Below are positions 59,918-64,000 of a DNA stretch of 64,000 nt, one piece after another. Source of the stretch: an uncultured Verrucomicrobiae bacterium (lineage in GTDB: Bacteria > Verrucomicrobiota > Verrucomicrobiia > Opitutales > JABDGR01); NCBI GenBank assembly GCA_963765205.1, contig CAVXVB010000009.1:192001-256000 (forward strand). Reading direction: 5' to 3'. How positions within the stretch are numbered: the stretch's first letter is position 1; each line of letters starts with the position of its first letter. The notes below the pieces were generated by a model that saw only the letters and a list, made by a program, of their open reading frames with translations, was not told the origin of the DNA and searched no databases. The position numbers and the translations under genes were made by a program.

Positions 59918-60771
59918 CGGCGCTCGGACAGGTCTGGCAAATTGCGCGGCTGACGTTTCTCGAGGCGGTGCGGCAGCGCTTTTTCAATTTTCTGGTGCTG
60001 CTGTCGCTGGCGCTGATCGGCAGCGCGAATTTCTTCCGCCAATTTGACTTTGGGCCGCAGGAACTGCGCTTCATCGCGGACTTCGGGCTGGGCGGCATCA
60101 CGTTCTTTGGATCGATTCTGGCCATTGTCGCCACGGCGCAGTTGTTCTTTGGTGAAATCGAAAACCGCACCGCGCTGACCTTGCTGGCCAAGCCCGTGCG
60201 GCGCTGGTCGTTCATCGCGGGCAAGCTGCTGGGCGTGGCGCTGCTCATGCTGGTGTTCGTCGGACTGTTGACGGCGTTGTTGGGGATTTTCCTGTGGTGG
60301 CGGCAGGGACAGTATATTGAAGGCTGGCACGCCGCCAAACTAGCGGGCACCCAGCAGACGGAATTTCCCGACAGCATGCGCGTGCGGTTCGCTGGCCTGG
60401 CGCTCGACGGGCTGCTGCAATGGTTGAAATTCAGCGTGCTGGCGGCCATCACCATGCTCGTGGCGAGTTTTTCCAACACCAACCTCTACACCGTCGTGGT
60501 GTCATTTTTCATCTTCCTGATTTGCCAATTGCAGTATATTGCGCACGACGCGTGGGCGCAGGTCGAGTCGCCCGTGCTCCAGCCGCTCATCTGGACCCTG
60601 GAAAAGCTTTTTCCGAATTTCCAACTCTTTGCCGTCGGGGATCTGCTGGTGTTTCAGTCCCAGTCGCCGGTGCCGAACGGCGCAGTCGCTGCGGCTGTTG
60701 GGTATGGCGTATTTTACATTGTCGTGTTTGCCGCGCTGGCGGTCGGCAGCTTCCGCAGCCGGGAAATTTAA
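59914..60771 (+). CDS. ABC-2 type permease
   Basis: IARLTFLEAVR, EIENRT...LLAKPV.R..FI.GK; multiple TMs; ends F..REI. Confidence 0.88.
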   Translation: MTALGQVWQIARLTFLEAVRQRFFNFLVLLSLALIGSANFFRQFDFGPQELRFIADFGLGGITFFGSILAIVATAQLFFGEIENRTALTLLAKPVRRWSFIAGKLLGVALLMLVFVGLLTALLGIFLWWRQGQYIEGWHAAKLAGTQQTEFPDSMRVRFAGLALDGLLQWLKFSVLAAITMLVASFSNTNLYTVVVSFFIFLICQLQYIAHDAWAQVESPVLQPLIWTLEKLFPNFQLFAVGDLLVFQSQSPVPNGAVAAAVGYGVFYIVVFAALAVGSFRSREI

Positions 60772-60786
60772 CCTGCCATCACTTCC

Positions 60787-61710
60787 ATGACCATTGACCG
60801 CAGTTCCTGGTGGTGGCGCAAAGGGCGCGCACTGCTGACAATCTTCGCCGGCCTGCTGGCTGCGGGCGTGGTGGCCGCGCCGTTGCAAAACGCCGCGTGG
60901 TCGGAAGTTCGCGCGCGGCAACCCGAATTGAACCTCCGCGACTTGGGTGACAACCTTGGCCAGGGCATGTTGTTGGGCGTGCTGGGCGGGTTTCGCACGA
61001 TTCTGGCCGATTTCTCCTGGTTGCAGGGCTACCTCTTCTGGGAGCAGCACGACCGGCCCGCCACGGAGGCTATGATCCAACTGACCACCACGCTCGACTC
61101 GCGTTCGGTCTTTTTCTGGGACCATGGCTCGGACATTATCGCTTACGACATCCCGGCGTGGGCCCTGCGGCAAGTGGAACAGGACTACTACTCAAACGAC
61201 CCCGCCCGCCGCGCGCGCGCTGCCCAGTATGTCCAGCAGGCCAAGGTGATCCAAGCGCAGCGGGGCATCGCCCTGCTGGACCGAGGACTGAAATTCCATC
61301 CGGGCGAATACGATTTGCTCCGGGACAAGGCCATGATCTACCAAAACCGCCTCTGTGACTTGCCCGATGCCGCGGAGTCTTGGCGCCTGGCCGCGGCCGC
61401 GCCCGATAGTCCGTTCTTCGCCGCCCGCATGTATTTTCGCATGTTGTTGCTCCTGGCCAAAGCCGCCCCGAACGCCCAGCGCGAAGCCTACGAGCGGACG
61501 GGCTACGATTACCTGCGCCAGTTTTATCCCAGCCTCCCCGCCAACGCGCCCGACGCCCAGAAAGGCGTCATCTCGGACTGGATGCACGCCTTGGAAGACC
61601 GCTTGCACCTGCCGCATGACGACAACCCCAAGTATGCATCGCCACCCGGCTGGAAGTTCGACCCGGACATGAGCACGCTCCCGGAGAACCCGATTGATAA
61701 CTGCGAGTAG
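60787..61710 (+). CDS. Membrane-anchored TPR-like protein co-transcribed with the ABC genes
   Basis: N-terminal TM; LGGFR..LADF.WL; TTLD..F.W; GIALL.RGL..HP. Confidence 0.75.
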   Translation: MTIDRSSWWWRKGRALLTIFAGLLAAGVVAAPLQNAAWSEVRARQPELNLRDLGDNLGQGMLLGVLGGFRTILADFSWLQGYLFWEQHDRPATEAMIQLTTTLDSRSVFFWDHGSDIIAYDIPAWALRQVEQDYYSNDPARRARAAQYVQQAKVIQAQRGIALLDRGLKFHPGEYDLLRDKAMIYQNRLCDLPDAAESWRLAAAAPDSPFFAARMYFRMLLLLAKAAPNAQREAYERTGYDYLRQFYPSLPANAPDAQKGVISDWMHALEDRLHLPHDDNPKYASPPGWKFDPDMSTLPENPIDNCE

Positions 61711-61865
61711 CGCCTTTCCGGCTTTACAAATCGAAGGCATTGGGTAGGGTTCTTCTTCGCGCAACCATCCCGCCCCCGCCCTCATCCAGAGAGCCGCTCT
61801 GTTTCTCCATTTCCTCTTCGCTTTTCCTTCCTAACTCTTAATTCATAATTCATAATTCCCTTCCG

Positions 61866-62825
61866 ATGCCTCTTTCCTCCCTCCAGCAACTCAAGCAATA
61901 CACCGTTGTCGTCGCCGATTCGGGGGACTTTGCCAGCATCCGGCAATACGCGCCGCAGGACGCCACCACGAACCCTTCCCTCATCTACAAAGCGGTCACG
62001 ATGCCGGAATACAAGCCCATCCTCGATGGCGTCATCCAGGACAACCGGGGACTGAATCTGCCGAAGGACCAAAAAATCAAGCAGATCGTGGACGAATTGC
62101 TGGTGGCCTTTGGCGCGAAAATCCTCGAAATCGTTCCCGGCCGTGTTTCGACCGAGGTGGACGCGCGGCTGTCCTTCGACACGGAGGCGTCCATGCAAAA
62201 GGCGCGCGCCATCATCGGGCTTTACCAAAAACGCGGCATCGCGAAAGAGCGCGTGCTGATCAAGCTGGCCTCGACCTGGGAAGGCATCAAGGCCGCCGAA
62301 GTGCTGACCAAAGAGGGCATCCATTGCAACATGACGCTGCTTTTTTCCCTGGCCCAGGCCATCGCCTGCGCGGAGGCGCGCGTGCAGCTCATTTCGCCGT
62401 TCGTCGGCCGGATATACGACTGGTATCGGGCCAAGGAAAAAAAGGATTACGTTGGCGCGGACGACCCGGGGGTGCAGTCCGTCCACAAAATTTACGCCTA
62501 CTACAAGAAATTCGGCTTCAAAACGGAAGTCATGGGCGCGAGCTTCCGCACCGTGAACCAGATCGTCCAACTGGCCGGGTGCGATTTGCTGACCATCAGC
62601 CCGGCGCTCCTGGCCGAGTTGTCGAAATCCGACGCCCCGGTGCCGCGTCAGCTTTCGCCGGAATGGGCGGCGGGGCAGGACGTGGCGCGCGTCGAGATGA
62701 ACGAGAAGGCCTTCCGCTGGATGTTCAACGAGGACGCCATGGCGGTGGAAAAGACCGCCGAGGGCATCCGCCTGTTCGCCGCCGACATCAACAAACTCGA
62801 AGCCCAAATCGCCGCGGCGCTCTGA
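61866..62825 (+). CDS. tal: Transaldolase
   Basis: [53 protein letters not shown]. Confidence 0.97.
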   Translation: MPLSSLQQLKQYTVVVADSGDFASIRQYAPQDATTNPSLIYKAVTMPEYKPILDGVIQDNRGLNLPKDQKIKQIVDELLVAFGAKILEIVPGRVSTEVDARLSFDTEASMQKARAIIGLYQKRGIAKERVLIKLASTWEGIKAAEVLTKEGIHCNMTLLFSLAQAIACAEARVQLISPFVGRIYDWYRAKEKKDYVGADDPGVQSVHKIYAYYKKFGFKTEVMGASFRTVNQIVQLAGCDLLTISPALLAELSKSDAPVPRQLSPEWAAGQDVARVEMNEKAFRWMFNEDAMAVEKTAEGIRLFAADINKLEAQIAAAL

Positions 62826-62883
62826 CGGCCCAGCCGCGTCAAAATGTTTTCCTTTTTCTTGAAATTCCTTTAGTAACCAACCC

Positions 62884-63492
62884 ATGTCTTCTGCTTCCCA
62901 TGCCCAGCCGGGCCGGCCGACCTTTGGCGGCTTGCTCATTCGGATTATTATCATTGGCCTGATTTGGGCCGGCTTGGTCGCCGGCTTGCTGCATTACCTC
63001 GGCCACGTCATCCCCGTGGCCTATCAGGTCAGCCAGGCGGAAGCGGAGGAAGCGGACCGACTCGCCCATGCGGCGCTCACACCCCCGCCCGCCGCGTCGG
63101 CAACCGCAAGCGCCACCCCGGCGGCTTCTGCGCCGGCAACTTCAGCCGTTACCTCGGCCGCCCCGGTTACTGCCGCCGCTCCAATGACTTCCGCGACACC
63201 AGTAGCTTCCACGCCTACCGCGTCTGTGGCCTCGACTGCGACCCTGGCGACCTCTGCGCTTGCGGCGGGCACTGCCGCACCCGCCGGTTCAGCCGCCGGT
63301 GCCGCGCCGGCGCCGAAAGCTGCCACCGGCGCCAAGACGCTGCCCTACGATTTGCGCCTGGCCGGCTTCAACCGCACAGCCCTCACGAACGTCGCCATCT
63401 TTTATTCCATCGTCACCAGCGTCGTGTGCATCGGGGCCATTATCCTGCAGCTTTTCAAGTATTGCCATCGCGAGGAAGAAACGGCGCACTAA
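62884..63492 (+). CDS. Hypothetical membrane protein with Ala/Thr/Ser/Pro-rich linker between two TMs
   Basis: Hydrophobic segments at both ends; low-complexity middle. Confidence 0.65.
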   Translation: MSSASHAQPGRPTFGGLLIRIIIIGLIWAGLVAGLLHYLGHVIPVAYQVSQAEAEEADRLAHAALTPPPAASATASATPAASAPATSAVTSAAPVTAAAPMTSATPVASTPTASVASTATLATSALAAGTAAPAGSAAGAAPAPKAATGAKTLPYDLRLAGFNRTALTNVAIFYSIVTSVVCIGAIILQLFKYCHREEETAH

Positions 63493-63538
63493 GGGGCGTC
63501 TTTCTAAAATTAAACGATTCATTGCCAACGCGCCGGCG

Positions 63539-63910
63539 CTATTCCAACACCGCCCCGCAGGTGGCCAGGGCGGTCACCAAAAAAATCAGGGCTGCCAAGA
63601 GCATCCCGAGGCCGAATGGGCGCGTTCGACGGAATAAGGCCAGCCCCAGCCCGAGCATGGGCAAATCCACCACGAGCAAAAAGAAAAACTCGTGGCGGGC
63701 GTGGCCGGCCACCGTCGCATAAAGCGCGCCAAAGAAAAGCGCGAAGCCCGCCCAAAAGGCCCACGACGTCCGGCGAGGTTTGGGCCGGGGCGGGAGGACC
63801 GAAACGGAATCCATGGGCAATGGCTTCATGCTGCAAAGAAGATCGAAGTCCGGGGGTTGCGGCGGAATTATCCGCGCTTCTTGTTCGCGGAATTCGCGCC
63901 ATAACGCCAT
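63539..63910 (-). CDS. Hypothetical small membrane protein
   Basis: Three hydrophobic segments; start uncertain (63829 possible). Confidence 0.5.
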   Translation of the reverse strand: MALWREFREQEARIIPPQPPDFDLLCSMKPLPMDSVSVLPPRPKPRRTSWAFWAGFALFFGALYATVAGHARHEFFFLLVVDLPMLGLGLALFRRTRPFGLGMLLAALIFLVTALATCGAVLE

Positions 63911-64000
63911 CCCAAAATGCCGTGGTGGGGCTGTGCCCGGTGATTCAGCTTGGCGGGGCGGGGATATTTCAGGAAAGTGGCGGCGTGGATGCTCTCGCCA

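Overview
This is a GC-rich bacterial chromosomal window, probably Verrucomicrobiota (Opitutales-like); the taxon is inferred from gene content and protein style. Core genes include a cyclophilin, galK, sodA, mpg, dtd, rnpB, tRNA-Arg(TCT), gatCAB, a class V aminotransferase, topoisomerase III, acylphosphatase and tal. Secreted and surface functions include a GH2, a DUF4838-like protein, esterases, a 2917-aa autotransporter with 14 tandem repeats of about 103 aa, and a Wza/Wzc/outer-membrane-barrel polysaccharide export cluster. The most striking structure is a 4-kb integrative element in tRNA-Arg(TCT) that duplicates the 5' half of the tRNA rather than the usual 3' end. It carries a tyrosine integrase, identical 24-bp arm-like sites, an IS91-like HUH protein and a UPF0175/DUF3368 toxin-antitoxin-like pair. 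Other notable signals: very high N-X-S/T sequon density in surface proteins; several families of 7-9 bp tandem repeats arranged as inverted pairs, one perfectly bracketing dtd; apparent single-base frameshifts confined to lower-GC accessory genes (Sel1, ankyrin, type IIG/ISP-like RM); an apparently mosaic gatB; esterase paralogs with altered catalytic residues; and IS110 and IS1595 remnants. All family assignments come from motif recognition by eye, and no searches were run.
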